A DNA stretch of 63,731 nucleotides, filler included, from Octopus bimaculoides (lineage: Eukaryota), in NCBI RefSeq assembly GCF_001194135.2. It is 7 parts of 5 records of this genome, joined end to end, with 100 filler letters (N's around TTAATTAATTAA, not from the genome) between each part and the next. Parts side by side here need not be neighbours in the genome. Positions count along the whole stretch, not along the records: positions 34,971 to 56,661 come from NC_069007.1; positions 56,762 to 60,432 come from NC_068981.1; positions 60,533 to 63,731 come from NC_068984.1; 4 more parts are not named here. One strand, given 5' to 3'. The number at the start of each line of letters is the position of its first letter. Within the stretch, counting starts at the first letter, position 1. The translations under genes and the position numbers were made by a program. The notes beneath the pieces are model-generated. The model searched no databases. It saw only the letters and a list, made by a program, of their open reading frames with translations, and had not been told where the DNA came from. Positions 50,650-61,466 of the stretch are shown here, one piece after another.

Positions 50650-51894
50650 NNNNNNNNNNNNNNNNNNNNNNNNNNNNNNNNNNNNNNNNNNNNNNNNNNN
50701 NNNNNNNNNNNNNNNNNNNNNNNNNNNNNNNNNNNNNNNNNNNNNNNNNNNNNNNNNNNNNNNNNNNNNNNNNNNNNNNNNNNNNNNNNNNNNNNNNNNN
50801 NNNNNNNNNNNNNNNNNNNNNNNNNNNNNNNNNNNNNNNNNNNNNNNNNNNNNNNNNNNNNNNNNNNNNNNNNNNNNNNNNNNNNNNNNNNNNNNNNNNN
50901 NNNNNNNNNNNNNNNNNNNNNNNNNNNNNNNNNNNNNNNNNNNNNNNNNNNNNNNNNNNNNNNNNNNNNNNNNNNNNNNNNNNNNNNNNNNNNNNNNNNN
51001 NNNNNNNNNNNNNNNNNNNNNNNNNNNNNNNNNNNNNNNNNNNNNNNNNNNNNNNNNNNNNNNNNNNNNNNNNNNNNNNNNNNNNNNNNNNNNNNNNNNN
51101 NNNNNNNNNNNNNNNNNNNNNNNNNNNNNNNNNNNNNNNNNNNNNNNNNNNNNNNNNNNNNNNNNNNNNNNNNNNNNNNNNNNNNNNNNNNNATATATAT
51201 ATATATATATAAAACAAAAATATTAGGGATAAAAATCCAAATTTACAGGTAAAAACTCAATTAAATTCAATTTATTAAAAATTAAAATTAGATTAAGTTC
51301 CACAGTATAAAATATAAATATATAGTTTTAGGGAAAAGAACCAAGGTTCATGAACTCATCGATGAAAATCCACTGTCACATATAGAAAAATTAATAAGTA
51401 AAAGCACAATAAATAAGTATAATATAATACAAAGTAAATATCATAAGATATGTGACTGTGGATATATATATTGTTAGTTCACTCGCATCATTGGTACAAA
51501 ATTTCTTATGCACAGCACAACTTCTGCACCTTACCACTAACCCAGTACAAAACTTCTTGAGCAAATATAAATAAGACCCCAAAATCAAATAATCAACAAA
51601 ATTTTGTTTTTCTTTTAGGGCAAATATATCCGGAGTGGACTTTGGAGCATATCACGGCACCCAAATTATTTTGGAGAAATTCTGTTGTGGCTTGGGTTGT
51701 ACATAACTGCACAGAAAACTATGGAAGGGTATGAAAACGTCAGCATTTTCTCCCCAATATTTGTGGCCTTCCTGCTCATAAAAGTGAGTGGGATTCCAAT
51801 TTTAGAGAAAACATCATTTGAGAGATGGGGTACGACCCCTTCATATGTGGATTATGTTCAATCTACAGCTAAGTTGATACCATTTATTTGGTAG
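43673..51894 (+). CDS. DUF1295-family / steroid 5-alpha-reductase C-terminal-like multi-pass membrane protein; spliced CDS join(43673-43787,48489-48594,49972-50078,50391-50563,51619-51894), 777 nt, 258 aa
   Basis: Exons of 115+106+107+173+276 nt join in frame with GT-AG introns in phases 1,2,1,0. The protein runs MSELLHYFGSIAAIDFGIQW...TDKFYDCTG...RLGVYLVRRIMKAGSDSRFD...FLFESIADYQKSKFR...SGLWSISRHPNYFGEILLW...VSGIPILEK...KLIPFIW*. KFYD, DSRFD, E-x-x-ADxQK, GLWxxSRHPNYFGE and SGIPxLE are characteristic of DUF1295 proteins. Confidence 0.92.
44665..44760. repeat. 96-bp imperfect hairpin in intron 1
   Basis: tattatcgagttagaaacagagatctaatg...aattaatt-tatc-aattaat...cattagatctctctgttttctaactcgataata. 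Confidence 0.88.
45555..45618. mobile_element. 64-bp Mutator-type micro-MITE in intron 1
   Basis: Perfect 23-bp TIRs GGTACTACTAAAGCAGCGCGGAC; perfect 9-bp TSD TGAAATACA (45546-45554, 45619-45627). Confidence 0.85.
47070..47705 (+). mobile_element. Helitron RepHel fragment (region downstream of the Rep motifs) in intron 1
   Basis: Across frameshifts it reads GYPLYR*R, NSKWVVPYN, LLKAFKCHCNVE, SIKY, RYIEPSEA, IHERAPVIMRLQVHLPDKQR, FAKTLLYAEVP, WQRRK and GELYYLRILL, all in Helitron order. Confidence 0.88.
47826..48235 (-). mobile_element. Retroposon 3' region with (GAT)n tail (RTE-type 3' end); related pieces at 19790-19850 (+) and 56528-56661 (-)
   Basis: Shared ...ccaacccatgctagcat.gaaa.cg.acgttaaa.gatgatg terminus. 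Confidence 0.75.
48489..48594 (+). CDS. DUF1295 gene coding exon 2 (G-LSTFILLACVSLKWG...AWAT-R)
   Basis: Acceptor tttgcAG|gt at 48488, donor cacg|GTGAGT at 48595. Not in the ORF track frame; found by manual translation. Phases match exons 1 and 3. Confidence 0.88.
48680..48945 (+). mobile_element. Juxtaposed small remnants: RTE RT piece plus Tc1/mariner C-terminus, in intron 2
   Basis: RQLQKYLTKSKPRYLAFIELE*AFNKI is RT-like; FWSCLEVVVEAESGYFE* resembles a transposase C-terminus. Confidence 0.55.
49209..49519. repeat. Perfect 27-bp inverted repeats (49209-49235 / 49493-49519) in intron 2; left arm abuts a small gap
   Basis: acaacaaaactacaaaggattccgcgg / ccgcggaatcctttgtagttttgttgt. Confidence 0.85.
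49972..50078 (+). CDS. DUF1295 gene coding exon 3 (R-LGVYLVRR...YWTVQ-G)
   Basis: Acceptor ttcattAG|g, donor caag|GTAAAT; encodes GSDSRFD. Confidence 0.9.
50391..50563 (+). CDS. DUF1295 gene coding exon 4 (G-VWILFTLMP...KPSNK)
   Basis: Acceptor ctccaacAG|gt, donor aag|GTACAC; phase 0 end; overlaps track ORF 50336-50602. Confidence 0.9.
51619..51894 (+). CDS. DUF1295 gene terminal coding exon 5 (GKYIRSGLWSISRHPNYFGE...LIPFIW*)
   Basis: Acceptor tttttcttttAG|ggc; stop TAG ends at 51894. Confidence 0.92.
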   Translation, partial: GKYIRSGLWSISRHPNYFGEILLWLGLYITAQKTMEGYENVSIFSPIFVAFLLIKVSGIPILEKTSFERWGTTPSYVDYVQSTAKLIPFIW

Positions 51895-51945
51895 ATTTTT
51901 TTTTTTTTTATGAATTTTTTTTCTTTCTGTCAGATAATATATGTA

Positions 51946-51951
51946 AATAAA
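51946..51951 (+). promoter_or_regulatory. Candidate polyadenylation signal AATAAA of the DUF1295 gene
   Basis: First AATAAA after the stop (52 nt downstream). In AT-rich sequence this may be chance. Confidence 0.3.
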
Positions 51952-52066
51952 ATAACTCTCCAAGTTCAAAACAAAAGTCTCAGATGAAATTAATGAATTA
52001 TGCAATTAAATTTAAATTACCAGATCAACTGAAATTGAATGAGCCTAGAAGAAAATGATTGATTAA

Positions 52067-52286
52067 CCCTTTAGTGTTTAGATTACTCTGTTAAGTGTAA
52101 TACCTTTCCATTCAAATTGTTTTGAGTTAATCATGCATTACTTTATAGCTTTGAGGTTTCAATGATATGATTGTTTATTTTTAGAATGTCATTGTAGGTT
52201 AGGTGTGAGAGGCTAGATATGGCCAGTTTGAATGTAAATCATGTAGAATATTTGGGCTGGATATGGCCGGTTTAAACACTAAAGGC
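52067..52286. mobile_element. 220-bp piggyBac-type MITE just downstream of the gene
   Basis: TTAA|ccctttagtgttta ... taaacactaaaggc|TTAA. Confidence 0.78.
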
Positions 52287-52634
52287 TTAATTAACTATGT
52301 GGAGTTCTTGGACTTTACCCATTGAGAATCGAAGGTAATGGGGTATTGTGGACGAGATCATTCAATTGATCCCCATTGAACTGAACAGGTCGACCGGAAC
52401 AGGAAGAGTCTGCCAGGCTGAATTTCCCTGAAACGTGGAAATCATTTCTATGCAGTTCTTTCTGTAATGGCATCTTCTCTGTAAAACGGTTCAAATGTCT
52501 TGAGCAATTTTGGCAGATTTGGAACCTTCATTGAAAGTGAAGTAAAGCAAGTGGTCAGAAATGCTAATCTTTCTCTTCTTGGCATTTTATCAAATGTCTG
52601 AAAAAAAGAGAAAATAAGTGTCACGTATTTTTAC

Positions 52635-52684
<50 letters not shown>

Positions 52685-53124
52685 GCACATGTGTATGTAT
52701 GTGTGTGTACATACATAGATTGTAGTGAATTGAGATCTTCACATTGACCCAATATAGTCTTTGTTTTGAATTTGGAGTACACAGTCAAACACCTCCCCAT
52801 CTCTCAGTCAAGCACATTATCTGGAAATTCTTTTCTAAGATTTATATGGTGGATATATTTTAAATATATTTACAATTTGTTTAGATTTATTAATAATTTA
52901 CTGAAGGAGTTTTTTTTTTTTTGGTATATTTTGACGGTTTTTTTTTCTTTTTAATTTTTATTGGTATATATTTTTTATACATGTACAATTAAATATATAT
53001 ATTTTATATGGTGAATTTTGGGTGGTTATTTTGTTATACCAAAGTCTAGTCCTGTTTTTTAACAGGTTTCAACGCGTTTTTTGCATGTAATGTACTGGTA
53101 ATTTTCTTTTATTTCTAAAATCAA

Positions 53125-53490
53125 TTTTTAAAGGAGATATATGTAATTTTGTTTGCAGGTTTGTTGATTTTTTTTTTTTACCTAATTTTGTAGTAGTTTT
53201 CAACACATGGGATAAACATTATTATATTTTCTATTTATTTTATATTTCTTATGGTGCTCAAGTTTTAATGGGTTTGTTTATATATGAAAACTGTTAATTT
53301 TAAAAGGAGTATTAACTTGTGAAATATGTGATTTTGTTTGCAGTATTGCTGATTTTTTTACCTAATTTTTTTATTGGCTTTCAACACATGGGGGTAATCA
53401 TTATTATATTTGTTATTTTAATAACTTTTTTAATGGCACTAAAGTTTTAATGGATTTGTTTTCATTTGAAAACTTGTTGATTTTAAAATG
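53125..53490 (+). repeat. Diverged tandem ~185-bp T-rich duplication
   Basis: ttttgtttgcag...ttttacctaatttt...tttcaacacatggg...aagttttaatgg.tttgttt occurs twice. Confidence 0.7.
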
Positions 53491-55494
53491 GACACTTTGA
53501 TATCCTTATCTTAAAATTCACACACAAAGCTCAAATAAAAGAGTACTAAAATATACAGATAAGTGGAGTGAGCACATAACTTTGCTTAGGACTTAACAAT
53601 AGCTATAGTCAGTAATACTATCTGCTGTAACTAATGAGAGAGACTCTATTTAGTTGCATGACCAGCCAGAAATTTTTTTTAAAAACCTCTACTATCATTT
53701 AAAAAAACAAACTGGAGAGAAAGACAAATTATATATTGTAGTCTGAAATATTTATATGCAAAAGGAAATGGATTTTAATTAATTTCACTGATAAATGTTC
53801 AGCTGTTCAATCTGCTTGTTAAATTAATATATAAGTGGTTGAATATACCGCAAACGATGTAATTCTCAAAAAGAGCCAGTGTGTTACACAGTGCCATGGC
53901 TGGACTTTTGAATTACAGGTACAATCCATCCAATGGGCTTCCACACAGTTTCCTTCTATTCCTTTTCACTCACATGGCTTGGATTAATCCAAGGTTTGCT
54001 CAAAATACTATGCAATGGGTTTTGAACTTATGACCTCATGATTGTAAAGTGAATTTCTTAACCATGCGGTCATGATGAGAAGACCTTTAATCTGCTGATC
54101 GGAGACTAAACAGTCAACAATAGCAACGACAGCTGCATTTTAAATAATAAAATAAAATGGATCGGTAAAATGACGTACATGGTGAAAGTTTCAAAATGAG
54201 AACATAAAAGACATGAATCGGATGAAAAGAAGGTTAGCTGAAGAAAGGGTATATTTGGGAATATACCTATCTACTTACCTGTGGAAGTTCTCTACAATAG
54301 TTTTGATGTGCTGACTCCACAAGAAATCAAACCAAGGTGTACCATATGTGTTGGCGCTCCATCGCGTACGACGTTGAGGGTTCCAGTTGATCCGATCAAC
54401 GGAACAGCCTGCTCGTGAAATTAACGTGCAAGTGGCTGAGCACTCCACAGACACGTGTACCCTTAACGTAGTTCNNNNNNNNNNNNNNNNNNNNNNNNNN
54501 NNNNNNNNNNNNNNNNNNNNNNNNNNNNNNNNNNNNNNNNNNNNNNNNNNNNNNNNNNNNNNNNNNNNNNNNNNNNNNNNNNNNNNNNNNNNNNNNNNNN
54601 NNNNNNNNNNNNNNNNNNNNNNNNNNNNNNNNNNNNNNNNNNNNNNNNNNNNNNNNNNNNNNNNNNNNNNNNNNNNNNNNNNNNNNNNNNNNNNNNNNNN
54701 NNNNNNNNNNNNNNNNNNNNNNNNNNNNNNNNNNNNNNNNNNNNNNNNNNNNNNNNNNNNNNNNNNNNNNNNNNNNNNNNNNNNNNNNNNNNNNNNNNNN
54801 NNNNNNNNNNNNNNNNNNNNNNNNNNNNNNNNNNNNNNNNNNNNNNNNNNNNNNNNNNNNNNNNNNNNNNNNNNNNNNNNNNNNNNNNNNNNNNNNNNNN
54901 NNNNNNNNNNNNNNNNNNNNNNNNNNNNNNNNNNNNNNNNNNNNNNNNNNNNNNNNNNNNNNNNNNNNNNNNNNNNNNNNNNNNNNNNNNNNNNNNNNNN
55001 NNNNNNNNNNNNNNNNNNNNNNNNNNNNNNNNNNNNNNNNNNNNNNNNNNNNNNNNNNNNNNNNNNNNNNNNNNNNNNNNNNNNNNNNNNNNNNNNNNNN
55101 NNNNNNNNNNNNNNNNNNNNNNNNNNNNNACACACACACTCTGTTAAATTCATATATCTGCAATGAAGGATATAAAATAGAATAACTTGGAAAATTTCTT
55201 CTCGCGTTCTTCAGGAATTCTATCACTTTTGATAAGAATAGAAAAATTATTAATTTCAATTTTCTTGTTGTAACTCTAAATTCAAATTCTGGCTTATATT
55301 GTCCCTTTTCACAAACCTGCAATAAGTAAAAAACTCTAACCATTCTAAATATATATAATGAATAGTCATGTTTGAAATATCTCTATCAAAATTTCAAATC
55401 TGTCAGCAAATGAAACAATTTTCAACGATAATGCTTCCGGTTATAAGGTGAACAGAAACGGGTATCATGGGAAGATAAAACACTGTTGTTGAAA

Positions 55495-55696
55495 TCCTGA
55501 GCAAATTGCAGAAAGTCCTCGATTTGCTTAGAGAAAAAGACTTCCAGGCCAGATTCCGAAAATGGCAGGAATACTGGGTCCTGTGTTATTGCTGCACAAG
55601 GTGACTTCTTCAAAGGAGATGATATTAAAACTTAGGTAAATAAGTTATTCTTTATTAAACATGACTAATCTGGAGACCTTTTGATACTACCTTGTA
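55495..55696 (+). mobile_element. Mariner-type transposon 3' end remnant
   Basis: DFQARFRKWQEYW...AAQGDFFKGD, then a TIR-like end cttttgatactaccttgTA. Confidence 0.6.
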
Positions 55697-57164
55697 CATA
55701 TATATATAGTTTATGTATATATTAATATTATCTCAGTTATTAAAACCTTTGATAATTTAAATACGTTAATAGTTACCAGAGGTAGCAAAATTACACTAAA
55801 AAACAAGATATCACAGCCGTTTTACAGGTAGAGATACCAAGTTAAAGTGATACATCTATATATAAAGTGATATATCTATATATATATATATAGATGTATG
55901 TATATAAACATAAACGAGAGAGATTGAATTGAGTAAACATGCTTTATTGCATAATACTACAATTCTTTCATCTCCACTTTATGAGAAGATATTTACTCTT
56001 TTACATGTTTCTGCCATTAGATGGTGGCCATGCTAGGGTATCACCTTGAAGAATTCTAGTCAAACAAGTCGACTCCAACTTACCCCATCCCCAAAATTTT
56101 AGAACTTGTGCCTTCAGTAGAATGGATTATTATTATTTTCTTAATATTGTTGTTACCATCAATAGTAGAAGTGGTGTAGTAGTTGTTGGTGTTAAGATCA
56201 TAACTACATAAATTACTAATATTCTATTATTGCCTTTCGGTACTTTACTAGTCTATTCAACTATGGGTAAATTTTATACAGATATTGTGTATTTTATCAC
56301 ACATAATCATTTATATGGAAGGTGAATCAAAACTTATTGGAACAGAAAACAAAAGTAATGAATAAACTTGTTCTTCATTGACTCTTTGTCTTCTTCTTTT
56401 ACATATATATGTTCCAGAATTAATTATTTCAATGAAATTGGGCAAATTAAAAAAAAAAAACTGACAGAATTTTATGTTTATCATTGGGTTGGTGCATAAT
56501 TATTGTGGCTTTTTTCAACAAAAACAACATCACCATCGTTTAACGTCCGCTTTCCATTCTAGCATGGGTTGGACGATTTGACTGAGGACTGGTGAAACCA
56601 GATGGCTACACCAGGCTCCAATCTGATTTGGCAGAGTTTCTACAGCTGGATGCCCTTCCTANNNNNNNNNNNNNNNNNNNNNNNNNNNNNNNNNNNNNNN
56701 NNNNNTTAATTAATTAANNNNNNNNNNNNNNNNNNNNNNNNNNNNNNNNNNNNNNNNNNNNGGCTTCAGAATTTTACTCTATCACGTGACCTTATTAGGG
56801 GCTGTGATTGGTCAGTTTGCGTTCTGGCGGGAACGGTTCGAAGAAGTTGCCGATTCGAATAATAATCAGTCACGTGATGACAAGGAATGGGTTCTCTACT
56901 ACGCTCGCATTTATTTATATTTAAATGAGAAGATTGTATGTAATGGCGATAGTAGTTTTGTATCTAGTGACGATAGGTAGTTTCACTACATATATATATA
57001 TATATGCGACGGGCTTCTTTCAGCTTCCGTCTACCAAATCTACTCACAAGGCTTTGGTCGGCCCGTGGTTATAGTAGAATACACTTGCCCAAGCTGCCAC
57101 ACTGAACCTGGAATCATGTGTTTGGGAAGCATGTGGATGTGAAACCGAATTAATCATCCCAACT

Positions 57165-57863
57165 TGACAATATTTAAGTTCGGACACTATAGTCGATGGA
57201 AATTATCACCTGTATCCAGAGGATTTTCTCAACAACTTGAATATATCGGGACTACCTATGCAAAGGATCTCACTGAAAAAGTACTGTCATATAATGCTGC
57301 TATGAAATTTTGAACCTGCCAGAGGACATTTTAACGGAACAAGAAACACTGTCACGCAACTCAAGTTTCACGTCATTGAGGCAGTAATAGCGATTGGCCC
57401 CCACAATGGTAATCACCTGTTCATACCTCGGATACCACTAGTACCCTCCGACAACTGTTTCCCTTCCAATTACGACGCAGGCAGTTTCCCATCAAACTAG
57501 CCTTCTCATTCACAGCTAACGAGTTTCAGGGCCAGACATTAGATCTTGTTAGTGGGTTTCTGCCCACTCCGATGTTTACACACGGCCAGTTGTATGTCGC
57601 TATGAGCAGAGCAACGGACTTAGCTAATTTGAAAATTAGTGTTAATCAAACACAAAATATCGTATACAAAAAAGTTTTGTAAACGTAATAATATCATGAA
57701 TATGTACTATGTAAAGCTGTGCATAAGCATAATCAAAACCAACGGTTCTTTATATTTTGTTACATTTCCCATGCCGTATTTCAGTATAAATACATTCATA
57801 CTTAAAGTTGTTATTATTTTCCACTCCCTTTCACTTCCCATCGTAGATGGGTAGGTTTGCTAG
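57165..57863 (+). mobile_element. Helitron PIF1-helicase C-terminus plus intact 3' terminus
   Basis: YPEDFLNNLNISGLP...IMLL*NFEP..GHFNGTR...FIPRIPL...RRQFPIKLAF..TAN..QGQTL...FTHGQLYVAMSR...NIVYKKVL* (stop 57680-57682). It ends with hairpin CCCATC-GTA-GATGGG (57837-57851) and CTAG|T (57860-57864). Confidence 0.93.
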
Positions 57864-59493
57864 TATATTATAATCCACGAAAAGAAGAAGACATTGAAAG
57901 TGTGTTTTTACATTGTGCGTCTGCAAGTCCGATGAAGGGCCTCTCTAATGTCTAAAACTGAAAATATTACACGATTATTCATCTAAAATTTTCGCGTAAA
58001 CTTGTGTTGCAAATAGAGATGGTACGGAAACAATTGTAACTTATATTAAAGATGTGTTAAAGAATTTTACTTGTCTTCATTTTATTGGATTATTTACTTT
58101 CGCCAAACCCATTTGACGGTATAATCGCCGTGAAACTCGGATTTTCTACACCTACAATTGAAATTCCTTTTTTGCTCATCTTTTTCATAAAAATTGGCAC
58201 ACTATAATTCATTGATAAAGACACCACAAGACTGGTCTTCTGGACATTTCAAAATAGGAAAGTTCAATTGATACCTTCATGGTAGGGTTGAGGCTTAGTG
58301 ATATTTTCTGGAGAGTGGGTGTACTCTTCCTAATTAAAGTTTTTGCTTGGGAGTAGGTAGTATACCATATAAAAAATTCTTCTTGCCGAGGGACTACATA
58401 GCTCATATGGTATGAAATGTTGGGGAAGGTAAATCCCTCAATATACCCACTCCGTCCAGATATGGGAGTATTTAAAAACTTGTAATTGAAAATAAAGCAT
58501 CTCTAATTGGGCTATTGAATTTGTTTTTATTTTTTGCAAATAGCTAGCCTTAAATTTATTATTTGAGATAATTTTTTTAACTACAGAAACTAATAAAAAG
58601 CTATTATATTTAGTTTTTAAATCTAAATATATTTTAAAATTTTAAGTATAGCTGCAATATTTTAAGTATAAATATGCCTGTCCTGTACTTTTCCAGGTGT
58701 AATAACTTGTTCTGTACTTTTCCAGGTGAGGATATGCTGTTATTTCTAGCATTTGAAGTGTCTCTAAAAAAGCTTTACTCCCATAGCAGCAATAGCAGCA
58801 GAGAAAAAGAGAAAGAGAGAAAAGAAATCTTATTGTGATGCAAGGGATATAACTGTATACTAAAAAAAAAAAAAATGAATAGATTAATCGTCACTTACTT
58901 TTTTTGTCACTTTTTACCTCACACCTTATGGTCTACAAAATTTTACTGCATAAAATAGCATTTTTAGATCCCTCAGGTTTTGATTGCTTTTAAATTAAGA
59001 AAGTTTTTTGAAGTCAAAGTCGATTGGAGGTGTTACTTTTTTCAGCACTTTTGACTTCACAACTTCTTTGTATTAAAGATTCTATTGATAATATTGACAT
59101 TTTCTTTCTATCATTCAAGCTTAAATGAAACATAGTTTGCTTTTAAAATAAGAGAGTTACTTTGATGCAAAGTCGATATTTTGCTTTATTATCCCCTTTT
59201 GTAACTTACATATTTTAGCGTAACTTTTTTCCCCGGTACTAAATTTCAATATTTTATGCTAAAATGTAGCTTGGGAGGTGACTATTATAGAACTAATAAC
59301 AGTTTTAAATTTGTTTGGAAAATAAGTTAGTGACAAATCTTTGAAGAAGCTGCTAGTGAGTAAATGTTGGCCTTGAGAACATTATTCAACCACTACCGTG
59401 GTTGAATGATATATGTGTGTGTGTGTTAAATAAAATGAGACAACACAGCCAAGACTGTGTGGAATTTTCAGGATATTTATAAAGAGAAAGTTA

Positions 59494-59541
59494 GTCTAAC
59501 AGGTATTTCTGGGATACTAAGGATATCCCTTCATCAGAGAC
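59494..59541 (-). mobile_element. Penelope-like terminal hammerhead-like motif
   Basis: Minus strand: GUCU-CUGAUGA-A-GGGAUA-UCCUUAG-UAUCCC-A-GAAA-UACCUGUU-AGAC. It has a 6-bp stem II, a 4-bp stem I and a poor stem III. Confidence 0.42.
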
Positions 59542-59740
59542 GATGTGAGATGGTTAAATAGAGGGAAATATTAATGTTCAGTATTAGGAGTTTTTTTTTC
59601 GAAAAGGAAGCGAATGAGGAGTATATAAGGAAATAAGAGAATGAATGTAGAAATAAAAATGTATAAAGATGTTATAGTTGCAGTTCCATTATCCAAAGAA
59701 AGTAGTGTGTAGATGTGGTAGAAATGTTCCTTGTCTGTCT

Positions 59741-59964
59741 CCTTGCGGATTCCAAAACGCTAGCAGGAATCTTCTAAAATGCAAACATGGTCCGAAAATC
59801 TCCGTTCTGAAGTAAAAGAAACGTTGCAAGTTATGCATTTCTGAACGCGAGAGAATTCTAAAAGACTCGCTCGTACCAGGGAGCATCCTTAACTCTAGAA
59901 CGGAGATTTTCGGACCATGATTGCATTTTAGAAGATACCTGCTAGCGTTTTGGAATCCGCAAGG
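59741..59964. repeat. Fold-back element, 68-bp arms (66/68), 88-bp spacer
   Basis: Arms 59741-59808 and 59897-59964; no TSD seen. Confidence 0.93.
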
Positions 59965-60383
59965 TGACGGCACAGCTGGAAGCCAATAGCCAAGGCCGAA
60001 AGGAGACAGTCGTTTTACCTTCTTGATTTTTGCTGACGGTAAGATAGCGGTGCGGCCAGAACTCGATAGTCAATGACAAAGGTAGATAATTACCTATTGT
60101 TTACCTTTAGCGAGGCATTTCCCCTCCATATTTCGATGAGGTCTTAGGCCAACATGTTTGGGTTCTGACGATACGCCGTAAGGTCAAACTCTTTCTGGAC
60201 GAGAAACCCAGGGTGACCCCACAAACCGGCCTCCTCCATTGTATTATTAACTTCTCTACATCTTAGAGAGTGCTTCTTCTCCGGATTTATGTCTTTCTAT
60301 AAACGATATATACATATATATGTGTGTGCGATGTGTGTATATGTACATATATATATATATATATGTAAATATTTACATACACA

Positions 60384-60432
<49 letters not shown>

Positions 60433-60880
60433 NNNNNNNNNNNNNNNNNNNNNNNNNNNNNNNNNNNNNNNNNNNNTTAATTAATTAANNNNNNNNNNNN
60501 NNNNNNNNNNNNNNNNNNNNNNNNNNNNNNNNATATATATATACACATATATACGTATATAGATATGCGCGTGTGTGTGTTCGTATGTATGCATGTGTAT
60601 CCATTATCAATATATTGTTGTTCATATCAACTGTGTAGTGTCTATATCTACAAGCACATACATACAAGCGTTTACACATAAGATCACACTCTCTTTCTCT
60701 CTCTACTTTCTTCTGTCTTTCAAACACATTGGTACACATGCAAAGACAAACTCACACAAGCATACGCACTCATATGTATGTCTTGTCCCGTATTAGTTTG
60801 CCTGTAGAATTGTTTCGATGACACGAAGTGTCGGTGTGGTAAAGGAAGAAATAGAAGAAGAGAAAGAAATTGAAAGATGA

Positions 60881-60883
<3 letters not shown>

Positions 60884-60960
<77 letters not shown>
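60884..60960. repeat. (AG)n microsatellite
   Basis: Direct reading. Confidence 0.95.
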
Positions 60961-60965
<5 letters not shown>

Positions 60966-61218
60966 AAGAAGAAGAAAGTGAGTGAAAGAGTCAGTGTACA
61001 TTTCAATGTATCACATTATATGCATTTTTGATTTGTTAAAGAGCATTCAGAACAAATTGATGTTTTGTAAAAACCGACGAAGAAAATGGCCGCCAGCCTT
61101 TACTGTGGATATACAGTGTATGAATATTGGTGACAAAATGTTGCTACATCAGTGCAAATAAATGAAGTAAAATGTTGCCATTATATTTTCATACTAGTAT
61201 TGTTGTTGTTATTCTAAT

Positions 61219-61253
61219 TGTTGTTGTTGTTGTTGTTGTTGTTGTCTTTGTTG

Positions 61254-61297
<44 letters not shown>
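61219..61297. repeat. (TTG)n-(TTA)n compound microsatellite
   Basis: Direct reading. Confidence 0.92.
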
Positions 61298-61299
<2 letters not shown>

Positions 61300-61430
61300 T
61301 GTAAATATTGTTGCTTTTGTTAGATGTGCATATGTATATACATATACAAATATATTTATGTATATGAATATGCATCTTTATTTGTATGCGTGTATATATA
61401 TATATATGTATATATGCTTATATTTATGTA

Positions 61431-61466
<36 letters not shown>

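Larger units (their letters stand above)
49681..51450. repeat. Inverted repeat pair 49681-49916 (intron 2) and 51219-51450 (intron 4) bracketing exons 3-4
   Basis: Manual alignment shows 8 substitutions and one 4-nt indel over ~236 bp, with an ~80-bp perfect core. Confidence 0.93.

Noticed and set aside
54273-54345. Perfect minus-strand donor CAG|GTAAGT ending a short open frame (YGTPWFDFLWSQHIK...)
   Set aside because: No acceptor is visible before the adjoining SINE tail and gap, and there is no recognisable homology; a single 9-mer is expected by chance.
57928-57960. ccgatgaagggc...ctaaaac as another hammerhead-like motif
   Set aside because: Both catalytic boxes are altered and no stem II pairing is present.
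61086-61123. aaaATGGCCGCC strong-looking start codon
   Set aside because: The frame closes after 12 codons with no convincing donor.
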